From Catajapyx aquilonaris (Eukaryota), in the NCBI GenBank assembly GCA_000934665.2, contig KZ538664.1, forward strand, positions 1-55,231: 55,231 nt of DNA. The letters are read 5' to 3'. Shown in pieces: positions 13,901 through 25,807 of the stretch (the stretch's first letter is position 1; every line of letters begins with the position of its first letter). The translations under genes and the position numbers were made by a program. Under the pieces are notes generated by a model. The model searched no databases. It saw only the letters and a list, made by a program, of their open reading frames with translations, and had not been told where the DNA came from.

Positions 13901-15246
13901 ATGCTATAGCTCACGTCTGTATTAGTAAAAATTGCAATTGGGCTCATTTCCATTCTCTGGAACAGTGCAAAATTGCACTGTTCTATGGGTTCTTTTCCGT
14001 TTTGCGGTCGCGACCCCATTTGGGGTCGCGAGAAAGGGTAACTAGTTATTTTTGCAAATTGATTCTATCTGTCTGGAAAATTTGGCCATAAACGAGATGT
14101 GTTAATTTAGCGATTATTGTAATTAACTAACACCGAGGGGGTCTCAGGGTTGAATCGGAAATGGTGGTCGCGAATTTTACTCATCTGTTTTCTGGGGTCA
14201 CCGCCAATGAAAAAGATTGGGAAGCAGGGCTCCGAAAATGATCGAATGTTGACAACACCGTGGAATTGTTTACAAGTGAACTTGCAACGACAAAACTACA
14301 GCCACCTACGCAGAACTCCTTTCAAGTGCAATATGCAGATCTGAAATTGTTATTAACCTTCTTGTCCTGCAGAAAGCTTTCATGCTAACCCTTCTGTTGT
14401 GTATTGTCCGGGACAATGACAAGACATGCGTTCATTACGAAAACGTCTGCAAGCAGTATATTATTTGGACCGGTAGTCAAAACTGTAGTGCATCTTATGG
14501 ACTCTTTCCAAGAAATGCAAAGCAATGCTTAAGATGCTATTTCTTTCTGGCACTATCGACCAGAGGGCTTACTGTAGTGTGCAGTACTAAAAGCCAAATG
14601 TGCAATAATTCTGAATAAGGATTTGTGAAGTCAGAAAATAGCAGACAAGTCTGTTACATCTGAATTCAACTGCATTTGCATATTGGCACTGCTGGAAATA
14701 TGAAGGGACTGATCTTTCTACTTGCTTATATCCGATGTGCTTACAGTCTAGGATTCCACTGTACTAAAGTTGTCAGTTACATACACCTAAATTTGTGTGA
14801 CCTTGAACCGGAAAAAATTTCGCCTGCGCTGGGCCCTGCACCCTTNNNNNNCCCCTCGCCAGAAAAATTTCTAGATCCGCCACTGCTCCTGTCACCTCAT
14901 GCCTTCAATTTTGCAGAGTGGATTTTGGTGAGTTGGACAACATTATTGAAGAGCCCATCCAAGGGCTTTTCAAAGGTATGATTCCACGTCACACTTGGAG
15001 TGAGTAGCCTACAGAGAGGTGAGTGTAAACATAGTGTTGGTCAGATTTTTACAAACACATATACGAGCTAACTTATGGAACACCTGGTATAATATTTGAG
15101 GACAGCATGGTGATATCATGGTTAAGGCCAAATCCCTGTTTCAGTCCATACTATCAAAATTCATCAATAATATGACAATAAGAGGTTGAATATTTTTATG
15201 CATATTCCCCTAGATTTTTTTATTATTATTATTGTTGTTGTAATTA

Positions 15247-15283
<37 letters not shown>

Positions 15284-15579
15284 TAATAATAATAATAATA
15301 ATTCATACCGTTATCAGCCATCGGCTCTTTAGGGGGGAAGTTGGTTTTGCCTGGAACTCTTTGCTTTTCATTTTACTGTGCTCTTTGGGATAGGATAGGA
15401 ACGGAAGGAAGTGGCTGTGGCCTATTAATTACGGAAGCAACTCCGGAATTTTCCTGGAAGGACCGTGGGAAACCACAGAAAACCACGGTCAGAGTTGCCT
15501 GCCCCGGGATTTGATCCCAGGACCTCCCGATTAGCAGTCGGACACCATATCCCCTCTTCCAAACTGCTTCGGTCATTAT

Positions 15580-15645
<66 letters not shown>

Positions 15646-15863
15646 CTATAATACAAAAATCGCCTCACTGAATTTCACTCTTCCCAAATTATTTTATTTT
15701 AATAATAGCTAATTTATATTTAACTCACTAGCTTGTGAATATTTTTATTTTGGAGGTGCAGGTGAGTAATACGGGCCAGAAAACTTTCTTGGGATTCTGC
15801 ATCATGTGGACGAATATAGCCAGATGAACCCTTGATGGCTAATTCCATATTTAACACCACCAT
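10778..15863 (-). CDS. PPP1R42: Protein phosphatase 1 regulatory subunit 42 (LRRC67)-like leucine-rich-repeat protein; 3' end uncertain
   Basis: Phase-compatible GT-AG exons 15863-15729 (MVVLNMELAIK...ITHLHLQNKNIHKL), 13294-13128 (LTTLYLYDN...LDLQHNRI), 13048-12910 (YLGYNEISVVEGL...IENQQLPAGQGLVFEPRSL), 12174-12058, 11939-11822 (VKGNPF), 10885-10778 (ILDGKEI); matches recalled PPP1R42 motifs. Tentative downstream exons 10286-10183 and 8834-8608. Confidence 0.88.
10918..10978. repeat. (TTA)n microsatellite
   Basis: About 20 perfect TTA units. Confidence 0.95.
12425..12500 (-). mobile_element. 3' fragment of SINE family B
   Basis: Reverse complement GGTGGTATGCCACCCCCCTAAAAAGGGCTTCACCCAATCACAGGGTAAC matches the family B tail. 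Confidence 0.6.
12528..12764. mobile_element. hAT (Charlie-like) MITE
   Basis: TIR CAGTGGTTTCCAA / TTGGAAACCATTG; TSD CACGAAAG / CACTAAAG. Confidence 0.78.
15301..15574 (-). mobile_element. tRNA-derived SINE, family C, flanked by (TAA)n tracts
   Basis: High similarity to 17352-17631 and 22205-22497; degenerate B box GGATCAAATCCC. Confidence 0.85.
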
Positions 15864-17351
15864 TTTTCATGTGATTGATCTGCAGCCTGAGTAAATTCCT
15901 TTTCCACGTGAACTTTATTGGTAAATCTGGAAAATCAATAAAATGAGTGTGTATGGTATAGATAGAGTATGTCTGCTCACTGCTGGAAGTCCCTTTTTCT
16001 AACCTTAAGAATAATCACTAATTAAGGGCAATAAACAATGAAAGAAAACCCTAATTTAATCAGATTAATCAATGCATTTAACAAACTTTTGATAAGGCAT
16101 ACCTTAGTTGGCACAAGTTTGCATAATGATGTCACAGGTGCTGAAAGTGCCTTCCATTTGCATCTAAGGATGTAAACTTCATTGTAGAACTCACGTTTGA
16201 TGTTGAAGGTAGATTGGAGCTGGAATATATCTGGACTCATTGCCTCAGTTGCCTGCTGGATATATTATGTATCACTGATATTCTTTACCTGTTATTTCTT
16301 TCAGGAGGCATCAGCACTGGGGGAAAAAGTGGTGTTAAATAAGCTAATTAGGTATTATATTAAAAGATTATCATATTGGCCACTGATCATTCTTAAATAG
16401 GTTACAAAGAAAATTTCAGTTCAGCCTCTTGTGGGTGGGACACTACTCCACATAAATGAGGAGTGATAATATGGCTTGGCTGTGGTTTGGATTTAAAATG
16501 TATTATACAAACTGTGACTAAGAAAGGCTCAGCCAACAGGACTAAATACTCGACCCTAGGCCTGTTGGCTCAGCCATTGCTCCTGATCATTATATCTGCT
16601 CCTTCCACTGATTGATCAATATAACTTGTTGATTACGGTCTGCCATGTGTAAACAATGAATGATTTTGAGATTTACTCCTTTTATGGCATCTGATAACCT
16701 TTATTTTCTATTATTTATTCCACCTGTTAGTGTCAATATGTGCCACAAAATATACATACAGTATATGCTATAATGTAAAATGCAGCACATACGCATAATA
16801 AAATTAAACGTTATACCCATTTGCTCAAGCACTAGATTATGGTTCTCAAGAGGGCTTTTTCTCAATAATGGAATAATGGGGTAAAAGTCAGCGGTTGTGG
16901 CCTATCTATGTATGTGGCTGTGGCAATTTCAGACACATCAGAGAAGAACTGCAATGAAACCTCAATATAATGCTCCTGTGTGTAATTACCAACCACAAGC
17001 AAGGCATGATCCAATAATGTAGATTGTAGAGGAATAAGTTAAATCGTTTTGTGTGAGGGTATATAATGATTTATTGTGTTGTAATAACTCAAATTGTAAA
17101 GGAGGAAATCTCTGATTATGTGGAATTCTGTATGACATGCACTCATGTCATTAGTAGCTGCTGTTAGTGGTTTTTAGTTCTGGCTCGCAGGATAGCATTA
17201 GTCACTAAAATCTTGGAAAATGTGGAAAAACTCAGGTGGGCTTATCAAGGAATGTTTTATTTCTCAAACACAGGCTACAAAAGTACATAGCCTATATACG
17301 AGTACAGGCATTGGATAGAGAGGAATGTATGAGCATGTAATATATTATTAG

Positions 17352-17631
17352 TAATAATTCATACCCCGTTATCAGCCATCGGCTCTTTAGGGGGGAAGTT
17401 TGTTTTGCCTGGAACTTATTGCTTTTCATTTTACAATGCTCTTTGGGATATGATAGGGATGGAAGGAAGCAGCTGCAGCCTATTAATTATGGTAGCAACT
17501 CCGGAATTTTCCTGGAAGGACCGTGGGAAACCATAGAAAACCACGGTCAGAGTTGCCGGCCCCGGGATTCGAACCCAGGACCTCCCGATTAGCAGTCGGA
17601 CGCCTTATCCACAAAGCCAACCTGCTTCGGT
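17352..17631 (-). mobile_element. tRNA-derived SINE, family C
   Basis: A box TGGCTTTGTGG, B box GGTTCGAATCCC; 16-bp TSD TGTAATATATTATTAG. Confidence 0.88.
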
Positions 17632-19985
17632 GTAATATATTATTAGAAATGCAAGTAAGGTGGTGATATAAATGTATAATAATCTTACAAACTAGAAGCT
17701 ATTGCTTCAGGCAGACCTGAATCACCTCTATATCAAGTGCTTTTCAACAAAAATTCAATGGGCTACTAAACTTCAAGGCTGCTGAGATTAATGATTGCCT
17801 AACTTCATGTCATGATACGAGTAATTATGTCTATCAGAGTATCCAAAGGACACAAATTTTTATTTATGTGAAACTCCTCTTTTAAAGAGCAGCCTGGAAT
17901 GTTTTTTTGTATCTCCAAGGGACAATTTTCAGAAACAGACCCCCTAATAATGACATCTGTTACAGTATTGGCCGTTCTTTTGTTGAAGAAGGGTATGAAA
18001 AGGTTTTGAGATGATTGCAACATGGAGGTAGAATGTTAATCCAGTCCACGTGTATATAAAAAAGAACTTAATAGGTTCCGGACATAGAGAATCAGTGGAG
18101 ATAAGATGAAAGCAGATGTTGAATATCCCATGACCAGAGATTTGTGTTTTTGTGCCTGATGGCTCCAATTCACTTTTACGCATAGGTTTTTATGCCACTA
18201 TTGTTGTTTTCATGAATTTTTTTTGAGCAGTGAGAAAAATGGTGTACCCACAACTAGGCTCATGACTGTGTATACCTTTAACAGGAGTAAGAATTTTTTA
18301 AATGAAGGCAATAATAGCTTATATTGTATGCTTTATTGTTACCTTTGTTGGTAGCGGCTGGAAATAATAATTTCTGAGTTGCTTACCATTGTTACATGTG
18401 TGTGTCCACATGATAGAGCCTACTTATTAGCATAGTCTCACTTCGAATTTTGTTACCAGAAGTGCATAGGAGCATATTCTTTTGTGGAGGCAATGACATG
18501 ATAAATATCATGGCGGGGGAGCAGCTAGGGTTCAAAAATGTCAAGGATATCACGATGTAATATGTGTATGACTCCCAACCTGCAGGTACAGTACAGGTGA
18601 ACAGACATTTCCCAGATCGAAACAATCTGTGCTCCTTAAAGGCCCAGCACAGGACTCTGGCAATGCCACATCTCGGGAGTTTTGAGAGTCGAGTTTTGAG
18701 AGTTTGAGTGCTAAATTCTTTGTACAGTATTGGAACACTTATTTTATCCTGATAGCAATGATGCACTGTTGCTTCTGGTGGCTGAAGCATCCTGGACGAT
18801 TGGGAAATTGATAGTAGTAGTGGGTGGATATAATAATGTGTGATGACATATGCATTGAAGCTATAACCAGATCTGAAATATAAATTTGGTAACACGAAAA
18901 GGAAAAAGAAGATGAATCAAATTTGTTCTTAAAATTGGGTAAGGGGTGTAAGGTTGTGTGACAGGTACCACCAGGGGAGGCATCAGTAGCGAAGACTTTT
19001 CACTTCCTATCAAGGAGTACTTGTGAAGTAGGTACGGTAACAGTTTAAAACTTCTATGTGGTGCTGTACCTACTACAGTTCAGAAGACCTGTGCTATTAA
19101 CATTCACACTTCAAATGTTTTCTCAAAATATCAATTGTAACAATTTTATTTTCAATTTAAATATTACAAGAAAGATTAGTTATATCCTCCTGAAGCCCAG
19201 ATTTTTTTTTAAATTTTTTTTAAATTTTTTAATTTTTAGAAAAAAAATTTTGTTCTAAAAAAAAAGTTTCAACATTTTAAAACCCCAATGGCTAGAGGGC
19301 TGTACGCTGGGCGTCAGGAGGCTATAATAAGTAATAACGTAATATAAAAACCTGCTGTATGTATTTGATAAGGCAGAAACAAATTTTTTTACAAGTGGAA
19401 ATTGGACCATACTTTCATAGGTGCCATAGTAGTATAACAATCATACATTTTATCACAATGCTATAATTTCTTGGTTGCATGCCAAAAAATTACACAATGA
19501 AAATAATTTTACTGAGGGCATATTAATGAATCAGGTATAGAAAGAAATTGGTGCTACGTTTGCAAAGTCCTTTATACATTCCCTGGTACTGTAAAAAAAA
19601 GAGCACTCAAAGAGCATGTGACATACAGAAACAAACACAATGCCATTACAGAAAGAACAGACCACATCTGTGTCAGTCAAAATTTGGTATCCTTGTATAC
19701 AAATTTTGGCGGTTTAAAGTTATTTATACCACTAGGTAGCATTTTAAATCCCTTCCGTCCCAGGGGTCTTTTCCCTTGTGTTAAGCTATATTGCCATCGC
19801 CTCTGCATGTAGGTGACTGGAGCCAAAGGGGTTCATTCTCTATCACCTACTTCTAAAGATTAGTCCGAAAGATTCATAAGGAGCCAGGATTTTGTCTTGC
19901 TTGCATATAAGTGCAAGGTCAAAGCTTTGCCCCTGAAAAACTTTTTTGGGGGGCTTTGTGGATTTCATTTGTATGCTGACAAATA

Positions 19986-20529
19986 GAGGGTGATTCTCTC
20001 GAATGGAAACTCAAACATTCCTCAATAATTTTTTAACTATGGTATGGTTCCCGATGAAAATTAACATGTACTTACCTTGTATCATACCAAACAATGTCTG
20101 ACTAAAGAACATACCAAAAGTGGTCCCCTCCAGCATCCAAGAGTTTTTAAATCCGAGTCTGCATATTGCCGAAGACTCCTGCAGATTGACAGTGGCGATC
20201 CCATCCATTCCCACCCGCCCGCCCGCCCGCCTGGCAAGAGGGCATCTCAAGGCAACGGGACCATGGCCTTGCGATGCCCTCTCACCAAGCAGGTGGGCGG
20301 GCAGGAGTTGAGCCATTCCCGCTGGCAATCTACAGAAGTCTTCGGCAATATGCAGACTCGGATTTAAAAATTCTTGGATGCTGGAGGGGACCACTTTTGG
20401 TATATTCTTTAGTCAGACCTTTGTTTGGCATGATACAAGGTAAGTACATGTTAATTTTCATCGGGAACCATATCATAGTTAAAAAGTTATTGAGGAATGT
20501 TTGGGTTTCCATTTGAGAGAATGACCCTG
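19986..20529. mobile_element. Tc1/mariner-type foldback MITE, palindromic almost to the centre
   Basis: TA-GAGGGTGATTCTCTC...GAGAGAATGACCCTG-TA; about 200-bp strong arms plus degenerate inner symmetry. Confidence 0.87.
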
Positions 20530-20606
20530 TATATTCAGTAAATAGTTGAGTTCAAAAGATCCCTGAAAAACTTTGATTAGAAAAATAACAATGCACTAAT
20601 ATTAGC

Positions 20607-23600
20607 TCATTTTTTCTGAAGAAACTGACGTGTAAATTCTGATAGAACTGGGCTTTGAGGTGGGAACAGTCCACCAGATGTTGTCTGCTCATCAAGCTCT
20701 TCAGTGGGAGCTGGTGGGTTCTCAACAAGGCGCAATGTGCTTTTTCTTGACACACGGATTACAAGCCCTGGGCTTATCTCAACCAACTCTTTAGACTCAG
20801 GCGTTGATAAGATGTGATCATTTACACTGGTTTCTCCTAAACTGCTAAGGGTTGCATTGGCAGCAGTGATCTTTTGCAAAGGGCTCTGACTTATATCTTG
20901 GTTGATGCTGTGGTCTTCCTCCACAGTTTCTTGCTCCAGTATGTAGTCTTCATCCCAACTAGCCTGTGACTGAGAGGAGGACATACAATCGAAGCCTTGT
21001 GAATGAAACACATCTTCATGTTGAATTAATTGTTCCTCAATGCAGTCCAACTCAGCATCCATGGTGCTTGTAAAGTGCTCCAAATCAGCATATTCCTCAG
21101 TAGCCTTTGTCAAGCAGGCCTGTATGCGGTCCTGAAAAAATTATATGGATATGAGTTTTTCCTTAGCATTAGAAGTTCCAGTTATGGGATTACAGCTGAC
21201 TCAATTAGTTTTTGAAAATGTGTGCCTTATATTTGACCCTTGAAGGATTTGTAGGGAAATAACAATAGTAATAGGTGTGTTCAAATGAAACATAAAGCGA
21301 GGCAATATCTCAGGAGCTATTTGTCTCAGCTGAGTGCTAGTAGTATATCTGAGTAGGCAGGGAGGTGTGGTAGTCTAGTGGTTACGCCACTGGCTAGCCA
21401 GGCGGGAGGCCGGGGTTCAAATCCCGTCCCCGTCACCTCTGCTTGGCCGGGTCTTTTTCCGCTTTTCCCCCGACACGCCGGGGCAGCATTGCACTCCCTT
21501 AGCTGCCCGGGGCCAGAGAAAAAGTCTGGTGTATCTGAGAGAGTCGTGAGTGACTATAAACTGAGGATGCCCCCCCTTGGGAACCTTCCCTTCCCCCCAA
21601 AACGAGGCGAATGGCTCGAGCACGGGGTAATAATAATAATATATCCGAGTAGGCAATTGAATGGGTAATTTTCATGCAGAGTAGTTAGTGGTCAGGAGAG
21701 CATTTTATGCAAGTCTCCCAGGGCTATGGATTTGTCCAAACATGCACAACTCGCCATCATCCTTTTTCCTCATCAAGGAAGGAACTGCACCAGTGGGGGG
21801 AAGGCGTGGTGGTCCAGATGGTAACGTCTTGGCGTGCTGTGCAGGAGGTCCCGGGTTTGATCCCCGCCTGGGAGTTCCCTTTCACCTACGCCAGTGGGTC
21901 TCTGACCCGTGCCTTAGGAGGCGTCTTGGCAACCTAGCCTCCTGGGGGACTGCACATGACCCTTTTCAGACATTGCACTCGCACCAGTGTCCCCTCCCCA
22001 AAAATCCCCATCCTTACCCTACATCCTTAAAGCCCTTGCACGGAGTTCAAAAAAAAATAAGAAAAATATATTCAAATGGTGGTAATCCACCCCGCTAAGA
22101 GAGCACTGCTCTATCACGTGGTAAAAGTAAAAAAACACAAAAAACTGCACCAGTGGACATTGTCCATTGGATGCAGAAGGTGCATGGGAATGCCTGTTTC
22201 AACCACCGAAGCACTTTGGAGGAGGGGATATGGTGTCCGACTGCTAATCGGGAGGTCCTGGGATCAAATCCCGGGGTAGGCAACTCTGACTGTGGTTTTC
22301 TGTGGTTTCCCATGGACCTTCCACGAAAATTCCGGAGTTGCTTCTGTAATTAATAAGCGACAGCCACTTCCTTACGTCCCTATCCTATCCCAAAGAGCAC
22401 AGTAAAATGAAAGCAAAGAGTTCCAGGCAAAAAACAAACTTCCCCCCTAAAGAGCCGACGGCTGATAACAGGGTATGAATTATTAATTATTAATTATAAT
22501 GCCTGTTTGGGGAGGTGTGGTGGCCGAGATGGTAACGTCTCGGCTTCATGTGTGAAAGGCCCCAGGTTCGATCCCCGCCTGGGGAACTTTCCTTTCACCT
22601 GCGTCAGGAGGGTCTCTGACCTGCACCAAGGAGGTGTCTGGCAACCTAACCTCCTGGGGAACAGCACATGACCCATTTTCAGACATTGCACTTGCACCCA
22701 TGTTCCCTCCCCGAAAATCCCTACCCTTTCCCAATGTCCCTGTTTCCTTGTACCGGTGAATGATGTTGAAAAAAAATAAAAAACTGATGGTGGTGTGCCA
22801 CCCCCCAATAGATCCCGTAAGGGACATCACGGGGTATTTAAAAAAATAATAAACATAGTGGAAGCGTTACTTCTGGTATTTTGAGTGGAAATGATATAAA
22901 TCCTTCAAATTTTCTAAATTTGATGTCATAAATTGGCAGCAGAAAGAAAGGCCAGAGAAGCCCAAGATATGCTGCTGAAGATGAAAGGCAAAGGAAAAAT
23001 ATAAATTCAGTGTAGGCTACAAGTGTTTTATAAAAATTTAAAATTCAGTTACTAAAGATTCCTCCCTTATGTATGTCTGATAATTATTGTAATGAATGAT
23101 TATTCAGAATAAAATCTAATTACTCTACTAAGTTATAAAAACCCAACATGGCATAAAACCTACCCTTCCCTGATGATACTGACAGAGCAGCAGTAAATAC
23201 GGTATACAGAGGGTGTCTATTACTGGGACATGAGTAGTGTCCATAACTAGAACAGCCATCATTTCGGGTGTCCATAACTGGAGCATTTGCACACTTGCAT
23301 ATAAAACATTTTTAAGCAAAATTAGACTGTTTCATGTGGCACGAGTATGCATTGGATGAAAGAGCAAGTCTCGACGAATTGAACGATATTTTTTTTTCGC
23401 CGGGAAAGAGTATCCGACGTAATCTTTCCCCCCCCTTAACCACTGGGACACTTACCTTTTCTATGACTGGCCATGGACATGTTCTAGATGGTTTTCCTAT
23501 TTGGTATAAAAATCTGGCTGTGCTATGTTGGGCACATCCCCATACAAAATCCCCCCCAGTTTGCTTAATATTCTGACTCAGCTTTGTCCCCAAGGAAATG

Positions 23601-25334
23601 GAAAAGTAGGCCTACTCTCCTCCCCAAGTCAGATACCGAAACACTTACAGGCAATGCATAATGGCTCAGAATTTATTAAATAAGGGCACACTTTTCGTAC
23701 AGGTGGCATCTAAACACAGTTCAGGCATGAACACTGCAACTGTTACAGTAGCTGGTTGTGATAGGTTAATATTTTTATGCATTGTCACCTTAACATGTAA
23801 TCATGAAAAATAATTGCACAAGATATCATGCTCCTAACAATAACAGAGCAGGTTAAGGATGTGTGTACTGCGTTGCATTTTTCACCAATACTTTTAACCA
23901 TTTCGGCCTAAATAAAAAAACAGGCTTTACTGATAGAAATATATGTTCCTTATTTATTAGACAATCTGTACAGTGCTGGCCATATATCGAGGCAACCGCC
24001 AGCGACATTTTTCCGAAGTGGCAGAAGAAGGAATCGAAGATAAGCATACTTCAAGCATGGGCGAGCAAGATTCCTTCTTCTGCCGCGCCTCGGAAGAGGC
24101 AGCCCTAGGTATCTAGACACTTACAAGGGAACGGTCAGGGTCGAGAACCTCCGATTTGGTTGAAACTGGCTTGAGGGGTCATTCATGTGCGATAGACACA
24201 GTGGTGAAAGTGTTAGCTCGCACTGTCCAGCCGTTTCCGAGATATGAGCGACAGAAACATCCGAATTTTGGCCACGCGCATTTGCCGGGAGCCGCTCTGC
24301 CAGCTCCAAATCCCTTCTACCTTGATTCCCCCCACTTTTTTCGATCCCACACCCCCACCCCCCACTCCCCCACCAACATTTTCGTTTTCCATAGTTTCTT
24401 TGCTCCGGTATTTATTATGAGACCATCAAGCTGCTTTCTTTCTCTTCTGTCAACTGCGAATAAAGAGCTTCTATACCTAAAATTGGGTAATGGGGAAAAC
24501 TCATAATAAATACCGGAGCAAAGAAACTATGGAAAACGAAAATGTTGGTGGGGGAGTGGGGGATGGTGGTGTGGGATCGAAAAAAAGTGGGGGGAATCAA
24601 GGTAGAAGGGATTTGGAGCTGGCAGAGCGGCTCCCGGCAAATGCGCGCGGCCAAAATTCGGATGTTACTGTCGCTCATATCTCGGAAACGGCTGGACAGT
24701 GCGAGCTAACACTTTCACCACTGTGTCTATCGCACATGAATGACCCCTCAAGCCAGTTTCAACCAAATCGGAGGTTCTCGACCCTGACCGTTCCCTTGTT
24801 AGTTGAATAGTGAGTAGGCTATCACGAGAATGGCTGTAGGTCATAGCCCTCTAAACTGAACAATTACCCAAAATTCCAACTTCATAATTTGGAAATATCT
24901 GGAAAAAAGCATCAGTAAAAAGTTCATTGTCATACTTTTAAAGCCCTAGCGGACTGAAGCATGTTGCAAAGTTGGTCCCCTTCATCGTTGGAGCCTGCAT
25001 CACCATTCTTCTGTCCGTAGAGCAAATTCAAGTGACGCATCGGCTTCTCCGCTTCCTGCTGCAGGTTGGCCACATCAATTGAGATGCTGCTAAATACACT
25101 GTTCAGCTGCCCAAAGAAACACGACGCCAACTCTTCACCCTGATCCACCTCCTCCAGTTCAGCTGCAACCAGCTTTGCCTTCTACACAAGAAACAGTTCA
25201 CACTTAAGCCACATCCTGTCATTCTAAAATATTAATTACCACTCACTACAATTGAGACTATACCGGTACTTTCAAACTACACCGTTTGTCCTCACCTTGA
25301 CTTCACACGTCACATTCTCATCCACATCAGACAT
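20607..25334 (-). CDS. SKA3: SKA3-like spindle and kinetochore-associated protein (about 269 aa)
   Basis: Three phase-0 GT-AG exons: 25334-25296 (MSDVDENVTCEVK), 25181-24936 (FFGQLNSVFSSISIDVANLQQ...LQSARALK), 21131-20607 (DRIQACLTKA...EDVFHSQGF...PPQSPVLS, stop). N-terminal helical pattern resembles recalled SKA3 (FCGKLRSL...TLKDDVNILLDKA...YFQKYGY). Gene model is solid; identity is moderate. Confidence 0.62.
21360..21639 (+). mobile_element. tRNA-derived SINE, family D
   Basis: A box TAGTCTAGTGG, B box GGTTCAAATCCC, (TAA)n tail, TSD TATATC(T/C)GAGTAGGCA. Confidence 0.85.
21797..22142 (+). mobile_element. tRNA-derived SINE, family B
   Basis: Homologous to 9321 copy; 14-bp TSD AACTGCACCAGTGG. 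Confidence 0.87.
22205..22497 (+). mobile_element. tRNA-derived SINE, family C
   Basis: Homologous to 15301 and 17352 copies; AATGCCTGTTT repeated on both sides. Confidence 0.85.
22509..22850 (+). mobile_element. tRNA-derived SINE, family B
   Basis: A box TGGCCGAGATGG, B box GGTTCGATCCC, A-rich tail; homologous to 9321 copy. Confidence 0.87.
23971..24095. mobile_element. Truncated MITE related to 26346-26818
   Basis: Shares ATCGAGGCA...GACATTTTCCGAAGTGGCAGAAGAAGGAATC and the inner hairpin; right end missing. Confidence 0.6.
24124..24798. mobile_element. Foldback MITE with 3-bp TTA TSD
   Basis: Near-perfect arms of about 298 bp (24124-24421, 24500-24798); CAAGGGAACGG / CCGTTCCCTTG termini; TTA on both flanks. 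Confidence 0.88.
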
Positions 25335-25807
25335 ATTCAGTTTCCCGCCAAAATGAGAACAGCGTAAGTCGCTCATCGAAACCTCCGCCATCTGATACTC
25401 GAATGAAGAAGAAGGAAGGAAGGCCGGCCGGCCGGCTTTCCTTTCCCATTCCTATTGGCGGGCGGTTGGGGCGGATCGGGAATGGGGGCCGCTCAGTAGT
25501 GTCGCCCTGCGGTGCGCTGGTGGAAGCTACATCCTGCACAGGGGGGTGGAGGAGCCCAGCGGGGAAGGGAGGAAAAAAAAAGGGGGGAGGGAGGGAGGAG
25601 AGGAGAGATACGGGGATTGAAGGAAGAAGGGGGAGTGGGGCCGGGCCTAGTTGCCGACTTTGGTTTGGCAATAAAAGCACGTTAGGAACTGGGTGAAGGA
25701 AAAGACCCGGGAGGGACTGTGGAAGAGTCGGCTGGACAGACTTGGGAGTATTTGGAGGGCTTACTTTCTTGTGGAGGAAGAAACCAGCATTCGGCGCACT
25801 CATGAAG
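25335..25807. promoter_or_regulatory. Bidirectional GC/CpG-rich promoter region between SKA3-like and UBE2V
   Basis: 473 bp between divergent ATGs; ATTGG (reverse CCAAT) 25454-25458; GGGCGG GC boxes 25460-25474; CpG-rich relative to flanks. Confidence 0.65.

Noticed and set aside
18392..18895. 167-aa minus-strand ORF
   Set aside because: No recognisable domain; at most a non-coding exon candidate
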